Below are positions 39,453 through 52,300 of a stretch of 64,000 nt of DNA, in pieces. The notes under the pieces are model-generated. The model did no database searches. It had not been told where the DNA came from and worked only from the letters and a program-made list of their open reading frames with translations. How positions within the stretch are numbered: position 1 is the stretch's first letter; each line of letters opens with the position of its first letter. A program made the position numbers and the translations under genes. This DNA comes from Paragordius varius (lineage: Eukaryota > Animalia > Nematomorpha), in contig OZ176052.1 of NCBI GenBank assembly GCA_964247055.1, positions 2,170,001-2,234,000 of the forward strand. Reading direction: 5' to 3'.

Positions 39453-40315
39453 GTTTATAGTTTTAATCTGCCAAATTTGATGACACATCCGCTTATATAC
39501 CAAATGTAAATAAGGGCTTATTTGAATCTTGTGGATACTCATTAATATATGCTTTTATAAATTAAAAGATAATAATGCTTTCTATTAATGGGTTTCGCTA
39601 TTATCATATTTTAGAATGGATCTTTGTTAAGTTTTAGTTTTATATTATTTGATAAAAAATGTACTCCATAAATCTAATGTTTGACAATTATATATTATGC
39701 AGTTAATTATATTTTATACATTTATTAAAAAGAATAAAAATTTGAAAATTTCATTACTCTGTAGTTTTATTTAAATAAATGTGAAGTTTCAGATTTGCCT
39801 AAAATTTTTTCTATAGACCAAATTATTATAAAATTTTTTATATGGATTTAATTAAATGGGACTACTCTCAAATGTTGCACACGTTTTAATATTTTATATT
39901 ATAGAAATGAAAAAAGTTATTTCTGGAAACAATATTGGTTGTCAAAATTTATGTAAATCATTAATAAATTTATACTGCATTTTAACTCTCATGAATATGT
40001 AATTTGAAAATATATAACCCATAAATTAATTTAAAATCCATCTATAATTTATATATATATATTTGTGATGTATGTAGGACATATTTTAATATAAATTATA
40101 TCGGGAAAATGGAGTTTAAACAAAGGTGCAACTTTAAAAACGGATGATTTATGTATAAAAGGGAATAAAAGTTTGGAAACATAGTAAATAGAAGGAGAAA
40201 GTAACTTAAGAAATGAAAGAAGTTGTAAAAAACACTATTGGAAAAGGAGGATATGAAAGAAAAAATGTAGGAAAGGGTGAACTAAATTTGAAAAAGGTGT
40301 GAAACTGTAGAGGAA

Positions 40316-43300
40316 GGATGAAGTGGATATGAAGAAGGGTGAAATATTAGAAGAAACGGATGAAGTGGATATGAAGAAGGGTGAAACATTAGAAGAAACG
40401 GATGAAGTGGATATAAAGAAGGGTGAAACATTAGAAGAAACGGATGAAGTGGATATGAAGAAGGGTGAAACTTTAGAAGAAACGGATGAAGTGGATAATA
40501 AGAAGGGTTAAACATTAGAAGAAACGGAGGAAGTGGATATGAAGAAGGGTGAAACATTAGAAGAAACGGATGAAGTGGATATGAAGAAGGGTGAAACATT
40601 AGAAGAAACGGATGAAGTGGATATAAAGAAGGGTGAAACATTAGAAGAAACGGAAGTGGATATGAAGAAGGGTGAAACATTAGAAGAAACGGAGGAAGTG
40701 GATAATAAGAAGGGTAATACTTTAGAAGAAACGGATGAAGTGGATATGAAGAAGGGTGAAACATTAGAAGAAACGGATGAAGTGGATATGAAGAAGGGTG
40801 AAACATTAGAAGAAACGGATGAAGTGGATATGAAGAAGGGTGAAACATTAGAAGAAACGGATGAAGTGGATATGAAGAAGGGTGAAACATTAGAAGAAAC
40901 GGAAGTGGATATGAAGAAGGGTGAAACATTAGAAGAAACGGAGGAAGTGGATAATAAGAAGGGTAATACTTTAGAAGAAACGGATGAAGTGGATATGAAG
41001 AAGGGTTAAACATTAGAAGAAACGGAGGAAGTGGATAATAAGAAGGGTAATACTTTAGAAGAAACGGAAGTGGATATGAAGAAGGGTGAAACATTAGAAG
41101 AAACGGAGGAAGTGGATAATAAGAAGGGTAATACTTTAGAAGAAACGGAAGTGGATATGAAGAAGGGTGAAACATTAGAAGAAACGGAGGAAGTGGATAA
41201 TAAGAAGGGTAATACTTTAGAAGAAACGGATGAAGTGGATATGAAGAAGGGTGAAACATTAGAAGAAACGGATGAAGTGGATATGAAGAAGGTTGAAACT
41301 TTAGAAGAAACGTATGAAGTGGATATGAAGAAGGGTAATACTTTAGAAGAAACGGATGAAGTGGATATGAGGAAGGTTGAAACTTTAAAAGAAACGGATG
41401 AAGTGGATATGAAGAAGGGTGAAACATTAGAAGAAACGGATGAAGTGGATATGAAGAAGGGTGAAACATTAGAAGAAACGGATGAAGTGGATATGAAGAA
41501 GGGTGAAACATTAGAAGAAACGGAAGTGGATATGAAGAAGGGTGAAACATTAGAAGAAACGGAGGAAGTGGATAATAAGAAGGGTAATACTTTAGAAGAA
41601 ACGGATGAAGTGGATATGAAGAAGGGTGAAACATTAGAAGAAACGGAGGAAGTGGATAATAAGAAGGGTAATACTTTAGAAGAAACGGATGAAGTGGATA
41701 TGAAGAAGGGTGAAACATTAGAAGAAACGGATGAAGTGGATATGAAGAAGGGTGAAACATTAGAAGAAACGGATGAAGTGGATATGAAGAAGGGTGAAAC
41801 ATTAGAAGAAACGGATGAAGTGGATATGAAGAAGGGATAAACTTTAAAAGAAACGGATGAAGTGGATATGAAGAAGGGTTAAACATTAGAAGAAACGGAG
41901 GAAGTGGATATGAAGAAGGGATAAACTTTAAAAGAAACGGATGAAGTGGATATGAAGAAGGGTTAAACATTAGAAGAAACGGAGGAAGTGGATATGAAGA
42001 AGGGTAATACTTTAGAAGAAAAGGATGGAGTGGATATGAAGAAAGGATAAACATTAAAAGAAACGGATGAAGTGGATATGAAGAAGGGTTAAACATTAGA
42101 AGAAACGGAGGAAGTGGATATGAAGAAGGGTTAAACATTAGAAGAAACGGAGGAAGTGGATATGAAGAAGGGATAAACTTTAAAAGAAACGGAGGAAGTG
42201 GATATGAAGAAGGGTTAAACATTAGAAGAAACGGAGGAAGTGGATATGAAGAAGGGTAATACTTTAGAAGAAACGGATGAAGTGGATATGAGGAAGGTTG
42301 AAACTTTAAAAGAAACGGATGAAGTGGATATGAAGAAGGGTGAAACATTAGAAGAAACGGAGGAAGTGGATATGAAGAAGGGATAAACTTTAAAAGAAAC
42401 GGATGAAGTGGATATGAAGAAGGGTTAAACATTAGAAGAAACGGAGGAAGTGGATATGAAGAAGGGTAATACTTTAGAAGAAAAGGATGGAGTGGATATG
42501 AAGAAGGGATAAACATTAAAAGAAACGGATGAAGTGGATATGAAGAAGGGATAAACTTTAAAAGAAACGGATGAAGTGGATATGAAGAAGGGTTAAACAT
42601 TAGAAGAAACGGAGGAAGTGGATATGAAGAAGGGTTAAACATTAGAAGAAACGGAGGAAGTGGATATGAGGAAGGTTGAAACTTTAAAAGAAACGGATGA
42701 AGTGGATATGAAGAAGGGTGAAACTTTAAAAGAAACGGATGAAGTGGATATGAAGAAGGGTGAAACATTAGAAGAAACGGAGGAAGTGGATATGAAGAAG
42801 GGATAAACATTAGAAGAAACGGAGGAAGTGGATATGAAGAAGGTTGAAACTTTAGAAGAAACGTATGAAGTGGATATGAAGAAGGGTAATACTTTAGAAG
42901 AAACGGATGGAGTGGATATGAAGAAGGGTTAAACTTTAGAAGAAACGTATGAAGTGGATATGAAGAAGGGTAATACTTTAGAAGAAACGGAGGAAGTGGA
43001 TATGAGGAAGGTTGAAACTTTAAAAGAAACGGATGAAGTGGATATGAAGAAGGGTGAAACATTAGAAGAAACGGAGGAAGTGGATATGAAGAAGGGATAA
43101 ACATTAGAAGAAACGGAGGAAGTGGATATGAAGAAGGTTGAAACTTTAGAAGAAACGTAGGAAGTGGATATGAAGAAGGGTAATACTTTAGAAGAAACGG
43201 ATGGAGTGGATATGAAGAAGGGTTAAACTTTAGAAGAAACGTATGAAGTGGATATGAAGAAGGGTGAAACATTAGAAGAAACGGAGGAAGTGGATATGAG

Positions 43301-46300
43301 GAAGGTTGAAACTTTAAAAGAAACGGATGAAGTGGATATGAAGAAGGTTGAAACTTTAGAAGAAACGGATGAAGTGGATATGAAGAAGGGTTAAACATTA
43401 GAAGAAACGGAGGAAGTGGATATGAAGAAGGTTGAAACTTTAGAAGAAACGTATGAAGTGGATATGAAGAAGGGTAATACTTTAGAAGAAACGGATGGAG
43501 TGGATATGAAGAAGGGTTAAACTTTAGAAGAAACGTATGAAGTGGATATGAAGAAGGGTAATACTTTAGAAGAAACGGATGGAGTGGATATGAAGAAGGG
43601 TTAAACTTTAGAAGAAACGTATGAAGTGGATATGAAGATGGTTGAAACTTTAGAAGAAACGTATGAAGTGGATATGAAGAAGGGTAATACTTTAGAAGAA
43701 ACGGATGGAGTGGATATGAAGAAGGGTTAAACTTTAGAAGAAACGGATGAAGTGGATATGAAGAAGGGTGAAACATTAGAAGAAACGGAGGAAGTGGATA
43801 TGAAGAAGGGATAAACTTTAAAAGAAACGGATGAAGAGGATATGAAGAAGGGTTAAACATTAGAAGAAACGGAGGAAGTGGATATGAAGAAGGGTTAAAC
43901 ATTAGAAGAAACGGAGGAAGTGGATATGAAGAAGGGTTAAACTTTAGAAGAAACGGATGAAGTGGATATGAGGAAGGTTGAAACTTTAGAAGAAACGGAT
44001 GAAGTGGATATGAAGAAGGGTTAAACATTAGAAGAAACGGAGGAAGTGGATATGAAGAAGGGTGAAACATTAGAAGAAACGGAGGAAGTGGATATGAAGA
44101 AGGGTAATACTTTAGAAGAAACGGATGAAGTGGATATGAAGAAGGGTTAAACATTAGAAGAAACGGAGGAAGTGGATATGAGGAAGGTTGAAACTTTAAA
44201 AGAAACGGATGAAGTGGATATGAAGAAGGGTGAAACATTAGAAGAAACGGATGAAGTGGATATGAGGAAGGTTGAAACTTTAAAAGAAACGGATGAAGAG
44301 GATATGAAGAAGGGTGAAACTTTAGAAGAAACGGATGAAGAGGATATGAAGAAGGGTGAAACTTTAGAAGAAACGGATGAAGAGGATATGAAGAAGGGTG
44401 AAACTTTAGAAGAAACGGATGAAGTGGATATGAAGAAGGGTGAAACTTTAGAAGAAACGGATGAAGTGGATATGAAGAAGGGTGAAACATTAGAAGAAAC
44501 GGATGAAGTGGATATGAAGAAGGGTGAAACATTAGAAGAAACGGATGAAGTGGATATGAAGAAGAGTTAAACATTAGAAGAAACGGATGAAGTGGATATG
44601 AAGAAGAGTTAAACATTAGAAGAAACGGATGAAGTGGATATGAAGAAGAGTTAAACATTAGAAGAAACGGATGAAGTGGATATGAAGAAGGGTGAAACAT
44701 TAGAAGAAACGGAGGAAGTGGATATGAAGAAGGGTGAAACTTTAGAAGAAACGGATGAAGTGGATATGAAGAAGGGTGAAACTTTAGAAGAAACGGATGA
44801 AGTGGATATGAAGAAGGGTGAAACATTAGAAGAAACGGATGAAGTGGATATGAAGAAGGGTGAAACTTTAGAAGAAACGGATGAAGTGGATATGAAGAAG
44901 GGTGAAACTTTAGAAAAAACGGATGAAGTGGATATGAAGAAGGGTGAAACTTTAGAAGAAACGGATGAAGTGGATATGAAGAAGGGTGAAACATTAGAAG
45001 AAACGGATGAAATGGATATGAAGAAGGGTGAAACATTAGAAGAAACGGATGAAGTGGATATGAAGAAGGGTGAAACATTAGAAGAAACGGATGAAGTGGA
45101 TATGAAGAAGGTTGAAACTTTAGAAGAAACGGAGGAAGTGGATATGAAGAAGGGTGAAACATTAGGAGAAACGGATGAAGTGGATATGAAGAAGGGTGAA
45201 ACATTAGAAGAAACGGATGAAGTGGATATGAAGAAGGGTGAAACATTAGAAGAAACGGATGAAGTGGATATGAAGAAGGGTGAAACATTAGAAGAAACGG
45301 ATGAAGTGGATATGAAGAAGGGTGAAACATTAGAAGAAACGGATGAAGTGGATATGAAGAAGGGTGAAACTTTAGAAGAAACGGATGAAGTGGATAATAA
45401 GAAGGGTTAAACATTAGAAGAAACGGAGGAAGTGGATATGAAGAAGGGTGAAACATTAGGAGAAACGGATGAAGTGGATATGAAGAAGGGTGAAACATTA
45501 GAAGAAACGGATGAAGTGGATATGAAGAAGGGTGAAACATTAGAAGAAACGGATGAAGTGGATAATAAGAAGGGTGAAACTTTAGAAGAAACGGATGAAG
45601 TGGATAATAAGAAGGGTTAAACATTAGAAGAAACGGAGGAAGTGGATATGAAGAAGGGTGAAACATTAGAAGAAACGGATGAAGTGGATATGAAGAAGGG
45701 TGAAACATTAGAAGAAACGGATGAAGTGGATATGAAGAAGGGTGAAACATTAGAAGAAACGGATGAAGTGGATATGAAGAAGGGTGAAACATTAGAAGAA
45801 ACGGAGGAAGTGGATATGAAGAAGGGTGAATCTTTAGAAAAAACGGATGAAGTGGATATGAAGAAGGTTGAACATTAGAAGAAACGGAGGAAGTGGATAT
45901 GAAGAAGGGTGAAACTTTAGAAGAAACGGATAAGTGGATATGAAGAAGAGTTGAACATTTGAAGAAACGGAGGAAGTGGATATGAAGAAGGGTGAAACTT
46001 TAGAAGAAACGGATGAAGTGGATATGAAGAAGGGTGAAACATTAGAAGAAACGGATGAAGTGGATATGAAGAAGGGTGAAACTTTAGAAGAAACGGATGA
46101 AGTGGATATGAAGAAGGGTGAAACTTTAGAAGAAACGGATGAAGTGGATATGAAGAAGGGTGAAACATTAGAAGAAACGGATGAAGTGGATATGAAGAAG
46201 GGTGAAACTTTAGAAGAAACGGATGAAGTGGATATGAAGAAGGGTGAAACTTTAGAAGAAACGGATGAAGTGGATATGAAGAAGGGTGAAACATTAGAAG

Positions 46301-49300
46301 AAACGGATGAAGTGGATATAAAGAAGGGTGAAACATTAGAAGAAACGGATGAAGTGGATATGAAGAAGGGTGAAACTTTAGAAGAAACGGATGAAGTGGA
46401 TATGAAGAAGGGTGAAACTTTAGAAGAAACGGATGAAGTGCATATGAAGAAGGGTGAAACTTTAGAAGAAACGGATGAAGTGGATATGAAGAAGGGTGAA
46501 ACATTAGAAGAAACGGATGAAGTGGATATGAAGAAGGGTGAAACATTAGAAGAAACGGATGAAGTGGATATGAAGAAGGGTGAAACTTTAGAAGAAACGG
46601 ATGAAGTGGATAATAAGAAGGGTTAAACATTAGAAGAAACGGAGGAAGTGGATATGAAGAAGGGTGAAACATTAGAAGAAACGGAGGAAGTGGATATGAA
46701 GAAGGGTGAAACATTAGAAGAAACGGATGAAGTGGATATGAAGAAGGGTGAAACTTTAGAAGAAACGGATGAAGTGGATATGAAGAAGGGTGAAACTTTA
46801 GAAGAAACGGATGAAATGGATATGAAGAAGGGTGAAACATTAGAAGAAACGGATGAAGAGGATAGGAAGAAGGGTGAAACATTAGAAGAAACGGATGAAG
46901 TGGATATGAAGAAGGGTGAAACTTTAGAAGAAACGGATGAAGTGGATAATAAGAAGGGTTAAACATTAGAAGAAACGGAGGAAGTGGATATGAAGAAGGG
47001 TGAAACATTAGAAGAAACGGATGAAGTGGATATGAAGAAGGGTGAAACATTAGAAGAAACGGATGAAGTGGATATGAAGAAGGGTGAAACTTTAGAAGAA
47101 ACGGATGAAGTGGATAATAAGAAGGGTTAAACATTAGAAGAAACGGAGGAAGTGGATATGAAGAAGGGTGAAACATTAGAAGAAACGGATGAAGTGGATA
47201 TGAAGAAGGGTGAAACATTAGAAGAAACGGATGAAGTGGATATGAAGAAGGGTGAAACATTAGAAGAAACGGATGAAGTGGATATGAAGAAGGGTGAAAC
47301 TTTAGAAGAAACGGATGAAGAGGATATGAAGAAGGGTGAAACATTAAGAGAAACGGATGAAGAGGATATGAAGAAGGGTGAAACTTTAGAAGGTACGGAT
47401 GAAGAGGATATGAAGAAGGGTGAAACTTTAGAAGGTACGGATGAAGAGGATATGAAGAAGGGTGAAACTTTAGAAGAAACGGATGAAGAGGATATGAAGA
47501 AGGGTGAAACTTTAGAAGGTACGGATGAAGAGGATATGAAGAAGGGTGAAACTTTAGAAGGTACGGATGAAGAGGATATGAAGAAGGGTGAAACTTTAGA
47601 AGAAACGGATGAAGAGGATATGAAGAAGGGTGAAACTTTAGAAGAAACGGATGAAGAGGATATGAAGAAGGGTGAAACTTTAGAAGAAACGGATGAAGTG
47701 GATATGAAGAGGGATAATACTTTAGAAGAAACGGATGAAGTGGATATGAATAAGGGTAATACTTTAGAAGAAACGGATGAAGTGGATATGAATAAGGGTA
47801 ATACTTTAGAAGAAACGGATGAAGTGGATATGAATAAGGGTAATACTTTAGAAGAAACGGATGAAGTGGATATGAAGAAGGGTGAAACTTTAGAAGAAAC
47901 GGATGAAGTGGATAATAAGAAGGGTAATACTTTAGAAGAAACGGATGAATGGATATGAAGAAGGGTAAAACATTAGAAGAAACGGATGAAGTGGATATGA
48001 AGAAGGGTTAAACATTAGAAGAAACGGATGAAGAGGATAGTAAGAAGGGTTAAACATTAGAAGAAACGGATGAAGAGGATAGTAAGAAGGGTGAAACATT
48101 AGAAGAAACGGATGAAGTGGATATGAAGAAGGGTGAAACATTAGAAGAAACGGATGAAGTGGATATGAAGAAGGATAATACTTTAGAAGAAACGGATGAA
48201 GTGGATATGAAGAAGGATAATACTTTAGAAGAAACGGATGAAGTGGATATGAATAAGGGTAATACTTTAGAAGAAACGGATGAAGTGGATATGAATAAGG
48301 GTAATACTTTAGAAGAAACGGATGAAGTGGATATGAAGAAGGGTGAAACTTTAGAAGAAACGGATGAAGTGGATAATAAGAAGGGTAATACTTTAGAAGA
48401 AACGGATGAAGTGGATATGAAGAAGGGTAAAACATTAGAAGAAACGGATGAAGTGGATATGAAGAAGGGTTAAACATTAGAAGAAACGGATGAAGAGGAT
48501 AGTAAGAAGGGTTAAACATTAGAAGAAACGGATGAAGAGGATAGTAAGAAGGGTGAAACATTAGTAGAAACGGATGAAGTGGATATGAAGAAGGGTGAAA
48601 CTTTAGAAGAAACGGATGAAGTGGATATGAAGAAGAGTTAAACATTAGAAGAAACGGATGAAGTGGATATGAAGAAGGGTGAAACATTAGAAGAAACGGA
48701 TGAAGTGGATATGAAGAAGGGTGAAACATTAGAAGAAACGGATGAAGTGGATATGAAGAAGGATAATACTCTAGAAGAAACGGATGAAGAGGATAGTAAG
48801 AAGGGTTAAACATTAGAAGAAACGGATGAAGAGGATAGTAAAAAGGGTGAAACATTAGAAGAAACGGATGAAGAGGATATGAAGAAGGGTGAAACATTAG
48901 AAGAAACGGATGAAGTGGATATGAAGAAGGGTGAAACATTAGAAGAAACGGATGAAGTGGATATGAAGAAGAGTTAAACATTAGAAGAAACGGATGAAGT
49001 GGATATGAAGAAGGATAATACTTTAGAAGAAACGGATGAAGTGGATATGAAGAAGGGTGAAACATTAGAAGAAACGGAGGAAGTGGATATGAAGAAGGGT
49101 GAAACATTAGAAGAAACGGATGAAGTGGATATGAAGAAGGGTGAAACATTAGAAGAAACGGATGAAGTGGATATGAAGAAGGGTGAAACATTAGAAGAAA
49201 CGGATGAAGTGGATATGAAGAAGGATAATACTTTAGAAGAAACGGATGAAGAGGATAGTAAGAAGGGTTAAACATTAGAAGAAACGGATGAAGAGGATAG

Positions 49301-52300
49301 TAAAAAGGGTGAAACTTTAGAAGAAACGGATGAAGTGGATATGAAGAAGGGTGAAACTTTAGAAGAAACGGAGGAAGTGGATATGAAGAAGGGTGAAACT
49401 TTAGAAGAAACGGATGAAGTGGATATGAAGAAGGGTGAAACTTTAGAAGAAACGGATGAAGTGGATATGAAGAAGAGTTAAACATTAGAAGAAACGGATG
49501 AAGAGGATAGTAAGAAGTGTTAAACATTAGAAGAAACGGATGAAGAGGATAGTAAGAAGTGTTAAACATTAGAAGAAACGGATGAAGAGGATATGAAGAA
49601 GTGTTAAACATTAGAAGAAACGGATGAAGAGGATATGAAGAAGGGTGAAACATTAGAAGAAACGGATGAAGAGGATATGAAGAAGTGTTAAACATTAGAA
49701 GAAACGGATGAAGAGGATATGAAGAAGAGTTAAACATTAGAAGAAACGGATGAAGTGGATATGAAGAAGGGTAATACTTTAGAAGAAACGGATGAAGAGG
49801 ATATGAAGAAGGGTGAAACATTAGAAGAAACGGATGAAGAGGATATGAAGAAGGGTGAAACTTTAGAAGAAACGGATGAAGTGGATAATAAGAAGGGTGA
49901 AACATTAGAAGAAACGGATGAAGTGGATATGAAGAAGAGTTAAACATTAGAAGAAACGGATGAAGTGGATATGAAGAAGAGTTAAACATTAGAAGAAACG
50001 GATGAAGTGGATATGAAGAAGGGTAATACTTTAGAAGAAACGGATGAAGAGGATATGAAGAAGGGTGAAACATTAGAAGAAACGGATGAAGAGGATATGA
50101 AGAAGGGTGAAACTTTAGAAGAAACGGATGAAGTGGATAATAAGAAGGGTGAAACATTAGAAGAAACGGATGAAGTGGATATGAAGAAGGGTGAAACTTT
50201 AGAAGAAACGGATGAAGTGGATATGAAGAAGGGTGAAACTTTAGAAGAAACGGATGAAGTGGATATGAAGAAGGGTGAAACATTAGAAGAAACGGATGAA
50301 GTGGATATGAAGAAGGGTGAAACATTAGAAGAAACGGATGAAATGGATATGAAGAAGGGTGAAACATTAGAAGAAACGGATGAAGTGGATATGTAGAAGG
50401 GTGAAACATTAGAAGAAACGGATGAAGTGGATATGAAGAAGGGTGAAACATTAGAAGAAACGGATGAAGTGGATATGAAGAAGAGTTAAACATTAGAAGA
50501 AACGGATGAAGAGGATATGAAGAAGGGTGAAACTTTAGAAGAAACGGATGAAGTGGATATGAAGAAGGGTGAAACATTAGAAGAAACGGATGAAGTGGAT
50601 ATGAAGAAGGGTAAAACATTAGAAGAAACGGATGAAGTGGATATGAAGAAGAGTTAAACATTAGAAGAAACGGATGAAGTGGATATGAAGAAGAGTTAAA
50701 CATTAGAAGAAACGGATGAAGAGGATAGTAAAAAGGGTGAAACATTAGAAGAAACGGATGAAGTGGATATGAAGAAGGGTTAAACATTAGAAGAAACGGA
50801 GGAAGTGGATATGAAGAAGGGTGAAACATTAGAAGAAACGGATGAAGTGGATATGAAGAAGGGTGAAACATTAGAAGAAACGGAGGAAGTGGATATGAAG
50901 AAGGGTGAATCTTTAGAAAAAACGGATGAAGTGGATATGAAGAAGGTTGAACATTAGAAGAAACGGAGGAAGTGGATATGAAGAAGGGTGAAACATTAGA
51001 AGAAACGGATGAAGTGGATATGAAGAAGGTTGAACATTAGAAGAAACGGATGAAATGGATATGAAGAAGGGTGAAACATTAGAAGAAACGGATGAAGTGG
51101 ATATGAAGAAGGGTGAAACATTAGAAGAAACGGATGAAGTGGATATGAAGAAGGGTGAATCTTTAGAAAAAACGGATGAAGTGGATATGAAGAAGGTTGA
51201 ACATTAGAAGAAACGGAGGAAGTGGATATGAAGAAGGGTGAAACTTTAGAAGAAACGGATAAGTGGATATGAAGAAGGGTGAAACATTAGAAGAAACGGA
51301 TGAAGTGGATATGAAGAAGAGTTAAACATTAGAAGAAACGGATGAAGTGGATAATAAGAAGGGTGAAACTTTAGAAGAAACGGATGAAGTGGATAATGAG
51401 AAGGGTGAAACATTAGAAGAAACGGATGAAGTGGATAATAAGAAGGGTGAAACATTAGAAGAAACGGATGAAGTGGATATGAAGAAGGGTGAAACATTAG
51501 AAGAAACGGATGAAGAGGATAGTAAAAAGGGTGAAACATTAGAAGAAACGGATGAAGTGGATATGAAGAAGGGTGAAACATTAGAAGAAACGGATGAAGT
51601 GGATATGAAGAAGAGTTAAACATTAGAAGAAACGGATGAAGTGGATATGAAGAAGGGTGAAACATTAGAAGAAACGGAGGAAGTGGATATGAAGAAGGGT
51701 GAATCTTTAGAAAAAACGGATGAAGTGGATATGAAGAAGGGTTAAACATTAGAAGAAACGGATGAAGAGGATAGTAAAAAGGGTGAAACATTAGAAGAAA
51801 CGGATGAAGTGGATATGAAGAAGGGTGAAACATTAGAAGAAACGGATGAAGTGGATATGAAGAAGGGTGAAACTTTAGAAGAAACGGATGAAGAGGATAT
51901 GAAGAAGGCTGAAACATTAGAAGAAACGGATGAAATGGATATGAAGAAGGGTGAAACATTAGAAGAAACGGATGAAGTGGATATGAAGAAGGGTGAAACA
52001 TTAGAAGAAACGGATGAAATGGATATGAAGAAGGGTGAAACATTAGAAGAAACGGATGAAGTGGATATGAAGAAGGGTGAAACATTAGAAGAAACGGATG
52101 AAGTGGATATGAAGAAGGGTGAAACATTAGAAGAAACGGATGAAGTGGATATGAAGAAGAGTTAAACATTAGAAGAAACGGATGAAGTGGATATGAAGAA
52201 GAGTTAAACATTAGAAGAAACGGATGAAGAGGATATGAAGAAGGGTGAAACTTTAGAAGAAACGGATGAAGAGGATATGAAGAAGGGTGAAACTTTAGAA

